Shown: positions 52,593-64,000 of the stretch, one piece after another
How positions within the stretch are numbered: the stretch's first letter is position 1
How the letters are laid out: every line of letters begins with the position of its first letter
Notes under the pieces: model-generated
Told to the model about the DNA's origin: nothing
The model's database searches: none
What the model saw: only the letters and a program-made list of their open reading frames with translations
Assembly (NCBI RefSeq): GCF_006345805.1
Contig: NC_043008.1
Location: 71,734,001 to 71,798,000, forward strand
Length of the DNA: 64,000 nucleotides
Reading direction: 5' to 3'
Source: Octopus sinensis
Taxonomy: Eukaryota
Translations under genes and position numbers: made by a program

Positions 52593-53138
52593 ATACATAT
52601 ACATACATATATATGTATATATATACATATATATATACATATATATATATATGTATGTATATGTATATATATGTATATATATACGTATATATATGTATGT
52701 ATATGTATATATATATATATATATAATATATATATAATATATATATATATATGTATGTATGTTATTTATATATATGATGGACTCTCCCTTCGAAGACGGT
52801 GTATGAGCGTTCAGCTTTTTCCGAACGGCCTGCAAAATTGTTTTGTTTATAGTGATCTAATCTTAGCACTTCACAACGTGAGATGAAGTGTTTTGCTCAA
52901 GAATACACCCCCACCACTTGATCTAGGAATTGAAATCACGATCTAGTAATTGCGAGTGCAACGCCCTTACCTGTATATATATATGGAATAAGTACTTAGC
53001 TTAAAAAGTAACTCTTAGAGTTGCTCAGTTGACTAAAACCTTTCAAAACGCTGCTTCATGATAGCTAGATTGAAATGACTGAAACAGAGAGAACAACATA
53101 TCTATATATATACATACATATATATATGTAATATATAC

Positions 53139-53192
<54 letters not shown>

Positions 53193-53195
53193 TAC

Positions 53196-53240
<45 letters not shown>

Positions 53241-53305
53241 TTACATATATATATATACATACCTATATATATATACATATATATATATATATAAATATAT
53301 TATAT

Positions 53306-54620
53306 TAAATTAGAGATAAAACCACTATTAGGCAAATCAAACAGTGAAAAACATAATCCAATACACAAAATTAATTTTAAAATATTAAAGTTAAAATAAA
53401 AAATTATTTAAATAAATTAAACTTATAAATTTTAAATATATATATATACAATATATATATATATATAATATATATAATATATATATATATATATAATATA
53501 TATATATATATGTATGTATGTATGTATATTTTTATATTTATATATTATTTTATTTATATATTTATTTATTTTAAAATGTTTGAAATAAATATCAAAAGTA
53601 TTAAAAGTTTAATAAAAGATAAAGAGTAAAACACTACGATCGTTTCATGGGTGTACCAATTCGAATAACAATAATTTAAATTCAATTAATAATTTGAGTT
53701 ATGGTTACAGGTGAATTGAAATATTTTTTAAATAATCAGAAATATTCAAACAATATTTTTAAGGTATAAATAATATAATGATTTTACTTATAATATACTC
53801 TATTATCAAACTAGAAACTTAAAACTTAACAATTATGATTATATCAAAATCGATTATAATGTTAAATATTAATTTTAATTTATAAGGAACCCACCAATAA
53901 TCTAATATTGGTAATAGTCTATATCTAATTACATAAATGTTTTTTTTAATGACTATTATATATAAATTATCAATGAAAATATATAATTGTATATAAATAT
54001 TATAATTAAGATCTAAAATAATCTCTATAAATAAATATATATGCACATATAATAAAGACCTAATAAATTAATTTTTCATATTTAAGGATGAATTAGCTAA
54101 TTTCAAAAATACAAACAAACAAACTTAAACGAACTTTCGGAAATCTTATTTAAAATAATTATAGAAATAATCAATTCGTAGTTATATAGTATCGAATAAA
54201 TACTGTAAATACTATAAATATATTTATCAATGGGAATATACTAGCGAATATCAATTTAAAAAGACAATAACTAAGTTATGCTATTAAGTTAGACATGGCC
54301 TACACCAATCATTGGTCGAAACATATCTAAGTTTATCTAAGTTTATCTAATTTTAATTATAAGAAATTTAAAACTACAATTAATACTGTCAAACATGTAT
54401 ATACAAAAACCTAACTTTAGACAACTCGTATACTTGCTATCAAACAAAAAGTCTATCGCTAAGTAATATCTTACGAATAAACTTAAATTTAATATCTAAT
54501 AATATAGAATATTACGATAATTAGATCATTACATAAACAACGATATTTACATAAGAAAAATATTATTACACTAAAGACTTATAAAATATTAAAATTTACA
54601 ATTTAACGATCTTAAATATA
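53306..54620 (-). mobile_element. Very AT-rich decayed element, possibly Penelope-derived
   Basis: End resembles the 48971 foldback terminus; half-HHR GAAACGATCGTA on minus strand at ~53631-53648; flanked by (TA)n. Confidence 0.3.
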
Positions 54621-54624
54621 TATT

Positions 54625-55046
54625 TCGCCATACACACACACACGCACACACACTCACACGTGTCTTCATTGCACACATACACACACACGCGCACACGTTG
54701 AGCTCCCCACACGCACTACACCCACACAGACTACATCCACACACATTCCCCCTCTCACTTTCTTTACCATACAGTCTTTGATATAGCTCTCCTGTCTTTT
54801 AAAAAACATTATTCTCCTACTTTAACTACTTCCGTCTTTTAGTATGTGACCTCGTCTGTGTCACTAGTGATTTCCCCCTGTCTTCCCTTCTCGGGATCCT
54901 TCCTTTTCCTATGTTTCCGACGAAGAGGTCCGCTCGAAACGTCAAACTCTCCTTCCTTTCTTTCCTGAGCGTCCAATAATACTTTATTTATTCCACGTCG
55001 TTGCGTTGTTGTTTTTTTTTGTTTTTGTTTTCTTGTTTGGATTAAC
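54625..55046 (+). mobile_element. Penelope-type 3' terminus (pLTR-like) fragment
   Basis: Similar to the 2027-2215 terminus (gctcgaaacgt..ttcct(g/c)agcgt); ends in (TA)n; contains a minimal HHR. Confidence 0.65.
54913..54947 (+). ncRNA. Minimal hammerhead ribozyme variant (Penelope-type, dimer-dependent)
   Basis: GTTT-CCGACGA-A-GAG gtccg CTC-GAAA-CG-TC^AAAC; U4->C; 4-nt palindromic stem III ACGT. Confidence 0.6.
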
Positions 55047-55054
55047 TATATATA

Positions 55055-55101
<47 letters not shown>

Positions 55102-56629
55102 TTCAGCTATTTGATTTCCTCATTTGTTTTTCCTTTCGTCTTATCTTCTCGATGTCCAATTTTCTATCCGTTTTGAGATAACATTGAAACAACATCTTAG
55201 AATATATTTGAGGTTGCTATTGTTGATAGTATTGGTATTATCGTTGATTTTACTTTTGTCGTCGTCGGTAGCGTTGATCTTTGTACAGTTGTTTGTCATT
55301 AACAGAAGCAATTCATATACAATTCAACGGACATGCGCGTGAATTGGGATTTTAATTGACAACAGTTACGGAATCAAAAGGACTACATACATATATTAAC
55401 ACACGCTTGAACACAAACACAGACCCTTCTGTTTAGTTTGTTATCATGTGCAGATTTGATGCTTCATTTTTTGCTCACTATATCGAATGAAGTGTGGGAT
55501 TATTTGATATCACTACATCATTGTTTCTCTCATCCAAAATTCACTTCTTTGCTTTAGTGTAGGTCTCGAATGGTGCCAACACTCGCTAGGCTAGCAGGCT
55601 GGCAGACGAACATCCCTTTTGAACGGAGCGCTTGTCTGTCGCAGGGTTACACATTTATAGCTCAAAGGACTGGAGCAAATTGAAAGGAAATGTGTTGCTC
55701 AAGAACGCAACGCACCGACTGTCTGGGGATCAAAACCACGATCTTCCCATCATGGATGTAGTATCCCAACCATAGATCATGCACGTTCCTGTATTTGTGA
55801 ATTAGAGAACATGCCGGCAGCAGTAAAATCTATTTCAGAAGCTGTTAGATGATTACGAATTATATCAGAAGAATAGCAATCACCTCTTTATCTTAAAATC
55901 TTGAGGAAAGTAAAGAAAACGATAAATAATCTAAGAAACGCGGCTATTCTCCTTCATATAACGAAAGAACACGAATGAAATGCACAAATATTTTCAATCT
56001 ATTTTCATGTTCACAAAAATTATGAAACCAATCATAATTCATCCAAACGCATTTAACGAAGAAAAGTTAGAAGGAGAGATAAAAGAGCACATAATTTATG
56101 CACAAGAAAGACATTAGGAAAAATTTTTCTCGGTCTGAATAGGAAATTGGATGTGATGCTGGGTTGTAAACAAAGGATGTCTAAGACGTGCACAAAATAT
56201 AGCTGTGTTGTCTATCCAACCAAATGACATTTCTTATATAAATTATAAACTAGTTGCTGATACTAAACGAATATTTTTGCAGTTATATTTCTTTATATTA
56301 ATCCCTTCACATTTAGACATTAATGACCTTCATTTTGATACCTTGGTATGCGAAAGATTTTTGTGTAGCTGTATGTAAAAATATGCTTGAAGTTATCATC
56401 AGATTTTATGCGTAGTGTTACATGAGAAAAACTTGCAAATTCATTCATTTATACATACATGTTACGTGTATAAGTATACATATAATTACGAATATATACA
56501 TATACATGACAGAAGTAAATAGACATACCATAAAACACGTTTACTTTAACTTGAGAATGTACATATCTTTTATTAATGGACATTTTTATGTATCAGGTTC
56601 TATGTCTGACTGCTTAATTATGCCGTGTA

Positions 56630-57325
56630 GAAAAGAAGCATTGGAACTGTTCAAATGTAAAATGTGGGTCAATCTGAAGGTGAACTTAGCATAAAATCAC
56701 AGAAAACTTCGGGATCTCGCTTTCTATAGTTAATAGGATGATTGTGCATTTCACCAGAGAGGAGAAGGAGTTCACCGCACCTTGCCCAGGTTGACCATGG
56801 CCTTCTGACAGGACCCTTGGGATTATTAAGTGAAGTGTGGAGGATAATCCCCTGACATAGCAGAACAAGCTGATGTCAGTCCCAGAGTAGCTGTCCGTTC
56901 TCTCGAAAAACTTGGCAACAACTATGGCAGAACAGAAACTAGCCAATATTAAGCAGAGAACAGATTAGGCCAGTGAGATGATGGAGTGGCCGCTAGCATT
57001 TGGGGACGCTGTCATATTCTCTGATGAATCCAGATTTGCTATATTTTCTGACAATGGTCGGTTGTAGGTCTGGGAACTCTGTGATCAACAATTTTACATG
57101 AAAAGATTGCTGCCAACAATGAAACAAGGCAGCTATTCTGTGATAGTCTGGTCAAAAATTTGGAGTTATAGTCAATCGGTGCTGATGGAATGTGATGGAA
57201 ACATAAACTCAGATAAATATGTGTCCAAATTGCAGAAAAGAATCCTTCCAATCTTCCCCATTGGTGAAATGATTAAGAAGACTGTTTATTTATGAAAGAT
57301 GGGGTTCCTTGTAGCACTGCTAAAA
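56630..57325 (+). mobile_element. Tc1-like transposase remnant
   Basis: VIFSDESRF, ECDGNINSDKYV..LQKRIL, FMKDGVPCSTAK. Confidence 0.75.
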
Positions 57326-57517
57326 AGAACAAAGAAGATGAGGACAAATATCCGTCAATTGTAAATAAAGTAAATAATGTACATTATTCTTCATCAGTTA
57401 AATATAGAACTAGAATGGCTATAAGTATACAATTATTTAGTTTTTATGTCTGGTATAGTTAAATCTGCCATGGAAAATTTATCAGTTCTCATCCACATGA
57501 ACTGTTCCATATATAAA

Positions 57518-58356
57518 CGAGGTTGTATCAAAAAGTTCCCGGACTAGTTCCATAGTGCGCCCTCAGGTGGCAGCACATAGTTACGTGCACAGTGAGAGCT
57601 ATCAGTGACTTTCATGAGGCAGTGTGCCGAGTGGCATCGCTGTGCTTACTGCACAAGTTGTGAAATGTGTGTATTTACGATCAAGTGTATGCTGTTTTCT
57701 GTGATTTCTCCAGGGACAAGAGCGGATAGCCAAGGTGAAATTTTGCGATAAACTTAAGAAGTCTGCTACAGAGACATTCAACATGGTTTTGCAAGCTGAC
57801 GGCGATGGGGAAATGGTTTATACTCAATGTTTCGCGTGTCTCAAGCACTTTAAAAGTAGAAGAATGTCCCTGGAAGACGATGAGTGATCTGGAAGACTTG
57901 CCATGTGCATCACCCCGGGAAATGTGGTATTGTGCCGTCAATCGAAAGTTCTACTACGTCGTTTTGAAGCACTCGAGGGAGGACATTCGGTGAAATTGAC
58001 CGGACCTGTCGGGCGCGAAGAATTAGATTCTTCAACGATCTCTCCTCGCTCGTGAGTTTCTTGCCTGAAACAATATAGTATCCCTTCCGCACCCACGCTA
58101 TTCGCCAGATTTAGCACATGCAGATTTCCGTTCCTTTCCCAAGGTGAAAAGACAGCTCAAAGGCCACCGTTTTGAACAACGTTGCCAAATTCTAGAGCGA
58201 ATCGCAGGTCATCGTATCCCTTACAGAAAACGACTTCTATGCCAGGTTTCGTAAGTGGCAAGAGTGCTTGGACCTGTGTATTGCTGTTCAAGGTGAATAA
58301 CTAAGGTTTTTTAAAAATTAAATATAACTTTCCGGGAACCTTTTGATATCACCTCA
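57518..58356 (+). mobile_element. Internally deleted mariner element with TIRs
   Basis: TIRs cgaggttgtatcaaaaagttcccgga / tccgggaaccttttgatatcacctca; HPRYSPDLAHADF (YSPDLAP motif); TA at right end. Confidence 0.88.
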
Positions 58357-58365
58357 TATTGCTAT

Positions 58366-58366
58366 G

Positions 58367-58448
<82 letters not shown>

Positions 58449-58461
58449 CAGATAGATAGAT
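58366..58461. repeat. (GATA)n microsatellite
   Basis: Direct inspection. Confidence 0.95.
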
Positions 58462-59509
58462 TGCGTAAATATATATATATATAATTACACGTTAATACAT
58501 GTTCATATCTAGCATATTCCTTCTCTTTTTTTTTACTTATACCTTTGCTGGCTTAATTCGTAACATTAATTAAGAAATGTATTAATGCTTCCTCGTCTGT
58601 CTTTGCATGCTTAAACTATTAGTCATCATAAAAGCTGAAAAAGCTTACATTCACTCGAATACATGTAATTGACTATCGACAGTGTCTTCTTTATTGTAAT
58701 ACAATTAATACCATAACCTCATTCTCAATCATAATACTAACGTATTTATTTTGCTGTCTACCTTATTGTTTGTAAGCAATGACGTTCTTTGTTAATGATT
58801 TTGATATTTTCCCGTTAGAATATGGTTGTTTATTTTTTATCCGTCTGCTGTCTTCATATCTGCGAATATTTTGTAACACCAAACTTAAAAAATCTTAAAA
58901 TGTATTTCTACCTATTCTTTTCCACTTTCTCAATATACTAAGCCTATCCAGCTGTATCCTCTAATTCTTCGGAATTGTTTATCGTTTCACAAATTTTAAA
59001 AATATTTATGTGTGTATGTATGTGTGTGTGTGTGTGTGCGTAAGCAAACTAGAGAATAAAATTATATAATTTTCTGATTCTTTACTTCATCTACGTTCAT
59101 TTATATGAAAATTCTATACCTCCTCTAGATTTTTAACTATTTTCTTTCCCTTCATCAAGTTTACAAATATATCAGTGTCTGAATATATCAATATGATACA
59201 AATGGTTTTAGAATCGCTCGAATGTTTTTTTTTAATGACTTTTACGATGTTGTTTAGTTTTCATTACAAAAAAGAAAAAAAAATGTTTCATTAAGAAAAA
59301 TAGCATATTACAAAATCTCGTTCAATGAAAAACATAGATAATGCTGCTACAGCATAGATAAAATTGTTATAAATATATACTCTGTTATGTGTGTATAATT
59401 TGTATACAGGTATTTTTGCTGCTTATTTTGTTTTGATTGATTGACTGTTTGTAAATGTGTGTATGCTTATGTTTCTCTATGTGTAGGCATGTATACATAT
59501 TCATATATA

Positions 59510-59589
<80 letters not shown>

Positions 59590-59747
59590 CAGGGAGAGCG
59601 GGCGAGAAGAGGAAGAAAGTGAGAAAGACAAACAAAGAAGGAATAAATGAAATGAAACCTCCTTTAAGTATAGGGGAACACATCATTGGTAAATGTCAAA
59701 TACAAAAGGAATATTTGATAACCTAAAAAACACTAACGATAAGAATT

Positions 59748-59788
<41 letters not shown>

Positions 59789-60509
59789 AGCGATGATGAT
59801 GGTGGTTGTGACGACGACGACGACGACGATGATGAGGATAAAAATAATGATGATAATAAAATGCAAAAGAAAGACTTTTGAGAAGGCACATTAGCTGAAT
59901 TGCTGTAGGACAGAGCAGTTATTGAAATCTGCTCGAATTACTCTCGAGATTTCACGTACGTTTGCTATTCATCATATTATATTTGATAATGTTTATTATC
60001 ATACTGTTTGGGAAATAACTGAAGACTTCGTATCAAAACATCTTGGGAAATTACCAAGTCAGTTGCTACGAGAGATACCACTGTATATTAATAATGCCAC
60101 ATAATGATAATAATATCCACAGCACAGCCAAAACCACTACTACTGCTGCTCCTGCAACTACTACTACTACTACTAGTACTACTACTACCACCACCACCAC
60201 AACCACTACCACCAATTGTAGTAGTAGTAGTAAAATAATAATAACAATGATTATAATACTAACAATAATAAAAATGCCAACGACAATAACAAAGATAAAC
60301 ACTGACACATATATTCAACAGGAATCCTTAAAATTATCATTTCAAATATTAAACGTTTCTATAAGATTCTGAAATACTTTTCTGATGTGTCGTTTGTAAG
60401 AACCTTCTGCACAATAGAGAGAACCATTAGAAAATATAAGATAATACTATAGGTTCAAAAAATCATCTAAAACATTTACATTTTTATAACTAGTTTTTAA
60501 ACTTCGACT

Positions 60510-60850
60510 TAGCTGGAGATACAGCGGTAGGGTGGTGTTAACGGCAGTGTCAGGGCTATGCCGTCGGGAACCTTTGTTCCTGGTAGGGCCACCCAAGGCG
60601 GATTAGTCTGGCACCGAGCGGTATTAGGGCCGTAGCCTAGCCAACGGGGATCTGGTGAAAATTCCAAGAGACGTCTGATCGGCAACTGGCGGCTTCGAGG
60701 TCGTTCTGTCCCAGCGTCTGTGGAGACTCCGTCACGCGGGATATGCATGCGGGATGTCGGGGACCGCTTGTGTATTCAATATTCCCACGAAACCTCTCAG
60801 AGAAGAAGCCAGCTCAACTCGCCCTGGGTGAATGCCGTCACAAGTACAAG
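60510..60850 (-). mobile_element. GC-rich LINE 5'UTR-like fragment (RTE-type motif)
   Basis: Minus-strand cttgggtggccctaccaggaacaaaggttcccgacggcatagccct resembles the conserved RTE 5'UTR motif (recalled, not aligned). Confidence 0.45.
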
Positions 60851-61389
60851 TAAAGTACAGTTGCTGTTCTACATCTTCAGGTCTGTGTTGATGCACAGAC
60901 AGAGATGGCCCGTTGATAGATAACTAAACAATTAAGTGTGTATGCTTGGATTTCATGCAGCCACAGTTCACGACAACGTTTACGTATTTATGATTTAAAC
61001 AGTACTCTGTATACTGTCTCAATGTTATTTTTAATGACATTGTTTTTAGACAGTTTCCATTTAAATTCACCATTATACAACGAGACGTGCGAAAGTTTGT
61101 ATATAAAATGCAACTTAATTTTCAATTACCTCATGTAGTGTATTTTTGAAGCTACTATTATTAACCGTTAAACTCGCTAAATATACGATGTATAGAGCGA
61201 TAGTTCGGCTATATAAACCTTCATGCATGCATGCGTACATACATACGTGCACACATACATATGTTATCAACAGACACTCACACACACATACACTCACGCA
61301 CACATACATACACATATACAAACATATATGTTGATAACACTTAGAAGGAAGTGCTTCTTTTCCAGTCACCAAAAAGAATGCAGCTTTGG

Positions 61390-64000
61390 CCGGGAGAGAA
61401 TGATGTAATCAGAAGGTATCCAACGATCATCGGGTGTTTTGACCCTGAACCGTAACACATTCCCGTTGGGAGATCAGCAGAGGTGGCCAAATCATTGCTT
61501 CTTATCTCCACCTGGCTTCCAGCTCAGCTCCTCACTTCTGCCACATAACCAGCAAGAAGCTCTTTCTGCTGCCTCTCCTATCCTGCGCACAGCCATCCTT
61601 CGCTCTCTCATTCGAATTGTCATAAGCATCTTCCATACCGACTCAACAGAGAATCGTCTACAGCCAACCTTGGCTCGAAAAAGCCATCGCTTTTCCCGGC
61701 AATATCGCAGAGGTTCTCATACCTGGCATGCTTCAAACTGTAGGCCTAATCACACCCTTCACCCTATGTGGTGGTAAGCTTGATCAAGATTATTTTTCTT
61801 GTTATTTTCAGACCATTGAAACGTATCTTGCCTCAGGGTTGCATGAACGGCCTGGAGAAACAGTAGGTTCTCCCCAGGTCTATTCTCATATCTCATTATT
61901 GGTACCCATATAGTAAGCTATTTATCTTTTTTTTGGTCTTCTCTGGCTGTTCTCCTTTCTCGAACTTATTTACTATTGTTGTTATTCTCTGATGATGATG
62001 TTTCTTGAGCCTTTCTTACTCCAGCGTGTGAGCGAGTGTTGCAAGTACCTGTCATGGGCACCACTAGTATCTCTTTTGAGAAAAATGTGATTTTGTATCC
62101 TGATAACAAGTATGTCCGGATGCTCATTTCTCCACAATGTCTACACACTTCGCCTCCACTCGAAACCCCTCTGTGAATTGTTGTTGTCGTTGGTAGTATG
62201 TCATATGCTGCACTTAATAGGAAGAAAATACGGAATGGTTCGTGTCAACAGGTCCGTCCATATGACCTTCCTGTTAGGGAGGTTTTATTCAGGCTAGGCA
62301 ACCAGAGACACGTGTCCTACAGTTCTTCGTTTCTCCTTGTTCCGTACTTCTGCCTGGACCATCGCACTCTTCTCCTTGATGTCTGCCTTCTGCAATTTTT
62401 GGAAATAGGAAGAACCAAGATCCTGCCGTCCTCTGCGTGTAATTCCAATGATGTCTCGTAGCTTCAGTATAATTTCAGCCAGTAAAAACTTTAATGCTAG
62501 TCATCGACATTCGCTCGGAACTTGTTGTAATACATGCATATCTGAGACACTCATCATTGGAGTTCCTGTATATATGTCATTAGAACTCTACATTTCGCGA
62601 CTTTCAGTTCCTCCCCTACGAATGACAGGGGAAGTTGTAGACATTCAGATCATATATACAGGCCTATTGAAGTGAAACTTGTCGGGGGGGGGGGGCCTCA
62701 TCAGAATGTCATACACTGTCAGTAACCAAATGAGTCATGGAAGAAATCTGTGGAAGTCCAGGAAAATAAAAGATGGGGCTCTACTAGGCCTTTTGTTTTT
62801 CTGTAAGCCCTGATTTTTCAGTCCTTCTCAGAATTCTCTTGGTTGCTTCTCAGCACTGATGACATTCCTTCTGTCAGGAAGTCAATTATTAAACCTCTTT
62901 CCAAGGCATTTTTAATAGATTTTCCTCTACTGATTGAATAACCTCTCCTTGTACTTTAAGCTGGATTTTTTTTATTCATTTGCCTTTCTTCATCACCATA
63001 CACCTTGATTAAACTTCAGTATACCCCATGTTGACATTTGTTCAACAGAAATCAGTGACCTTCCCGCCTCCACATTGGATGTGGTTGTCACTGTAAGATC
63101 ATTTATGTAACCCCCTATTGGATATTTAAAGCTTCCTGCTTCCGTTGTCGGTTTTTGCGGTTCTTTATCGCAGCTATTATGAGGAGGTTCATTCCAATGA
63201 CGAAAATGATGAGAGAAAATTGTGCAACCATTTATGATTCTTTTCTCCAGGTCCTGACTTCAAGTTGTGAAGCGGGCTGGTTTGAAGTGGAGCTGGATGC
63301 ATCCAAAGTAGCTGGTAGTTATTCCCTGCACGTGCAGAAGGATACCTTAGTAGTCTATGCATATATAAGGGCGTACGAAATTGATCCGTACGTAGTAGAT
63401 AGATTTAACCATACCACTGTCTGATCACCTTTATTTATTATGGCCTGTAAAACATGGAATTCCAGCTTTGTCAATAGAAGTGTTAATGTATTCATTCTCA
63501 GTCCTGTACGAAGTCATCCTTTTGGCCAATGCAGAAAACAAAACTTTCCCCTCAATCCTCAGGGGTAAGATTGTCTTGAATTGGTTTATGATTAAGGAGT
63601 TTTCTTCTTTTGCCACGAATCACCATTCTGTCTATTTTCATCATGGTGGAATGATCCCCTTTCTCAAATATTTTGGAACAGTATTAACAAACTCCGAAGG
63701 GGCCGTGGGCATTTGTTTTATACATTATAAGATATACCAATTGGGTCAGGAACTGATGCTGGTCTTCTTCACAAGTGACCAGCATCTTCTTTGCAAAGTA
63801 ACCAGATGAGAAGCTTGTTTCCCAGTAATAATGCTCCAGTGGCATTTGCTCTCCGAGGTTGTCATTGTGAGTCTCTCTCAGAAACGCGTCTACATCTTCC
63901 CTGGGCCTGGTCAGTTTGCCTGGTTTGGTTTCACCCGACAGCGCTTGGGTAAACCTAAACCAATTCTTTATAAATTGCGCTACATTCGGACAGAATCCAA
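61390..64000 (-). mobile_element. Decayed HERO/NeSL-like RLE non-LTR retrotransposon, continuing past the window end
   Basis: NQFKTILPLRIEGKVLFSALAKRMTSY..YINTSIDKAGIP; EPFRIFFLLSAAYDILPT; CRHCG..LLSG..HD; IILIKLT; IGEAAERASCWLW. Confidence 0.82.

Larger units (their letters stand above)
51388..53096. repeat. Nested palindrome: ~340-bp outer inverted duplication (51388-51730 / 52770-53096) around (TA)n and an inner ~255-bp-arm palindrome (51857-52385)
   Basis: Direct reverse-complement matches; outer arms differ by an 18-bp indel and scattered substitutions. Confidence 0.93.

Noticed and set aside
57018-57040. CTGATGAATCC as a ribozyme core
   Set aside because: It encodes the Tc1 FSDESRF motif

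Overview
AT-rich, microsatellite-dense animal genomic DNA, most likely from an octopus or other coleoid cephalopod. This is inferred from the SINE families and the (TA)n/(TATC)n/(TAA)n load, and was not checked against a database. Most of the window looks intronic and is filled with transposon debris: two abundant tRNA-derived SINE families, a near full-length R4/Dong-like LINE with a nest of Dong fragments in (TAA)n, a HERO/NeSL-like LINE, CR1 and RTE fragments, a Penelope-like (GIY-YIG) element, a decayed Helitron, Tc1/mariner remnants and several MITE/foldback elements. A chain of phase-compatible + strand exons (781-24570, possibly to 38549) suggests a host gene of unknown function. The standout signal is a set of hammerhead ribozymes (HHRs). 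Four identical canonical type I HHRs sit in a 476-bp tandem repeat arranged as a back-to-back inverted array between (TA)n tracts (43855-45644), which resembles a retrozyme or Penelope pLTR array predicted to yield ~475-nt (circular) RNAs. A second, unrelated HHR family with a long stem II sits in both arms of a palindrome (51857-52385). Minimal or degenerate HHRs occur in Penelope-type termini and downstream of a tRNA-like SINE head. Almost all ORF-track entries are microsatellite or antisense artefacts. All calls were made by eye; TE boundaries are approximate.
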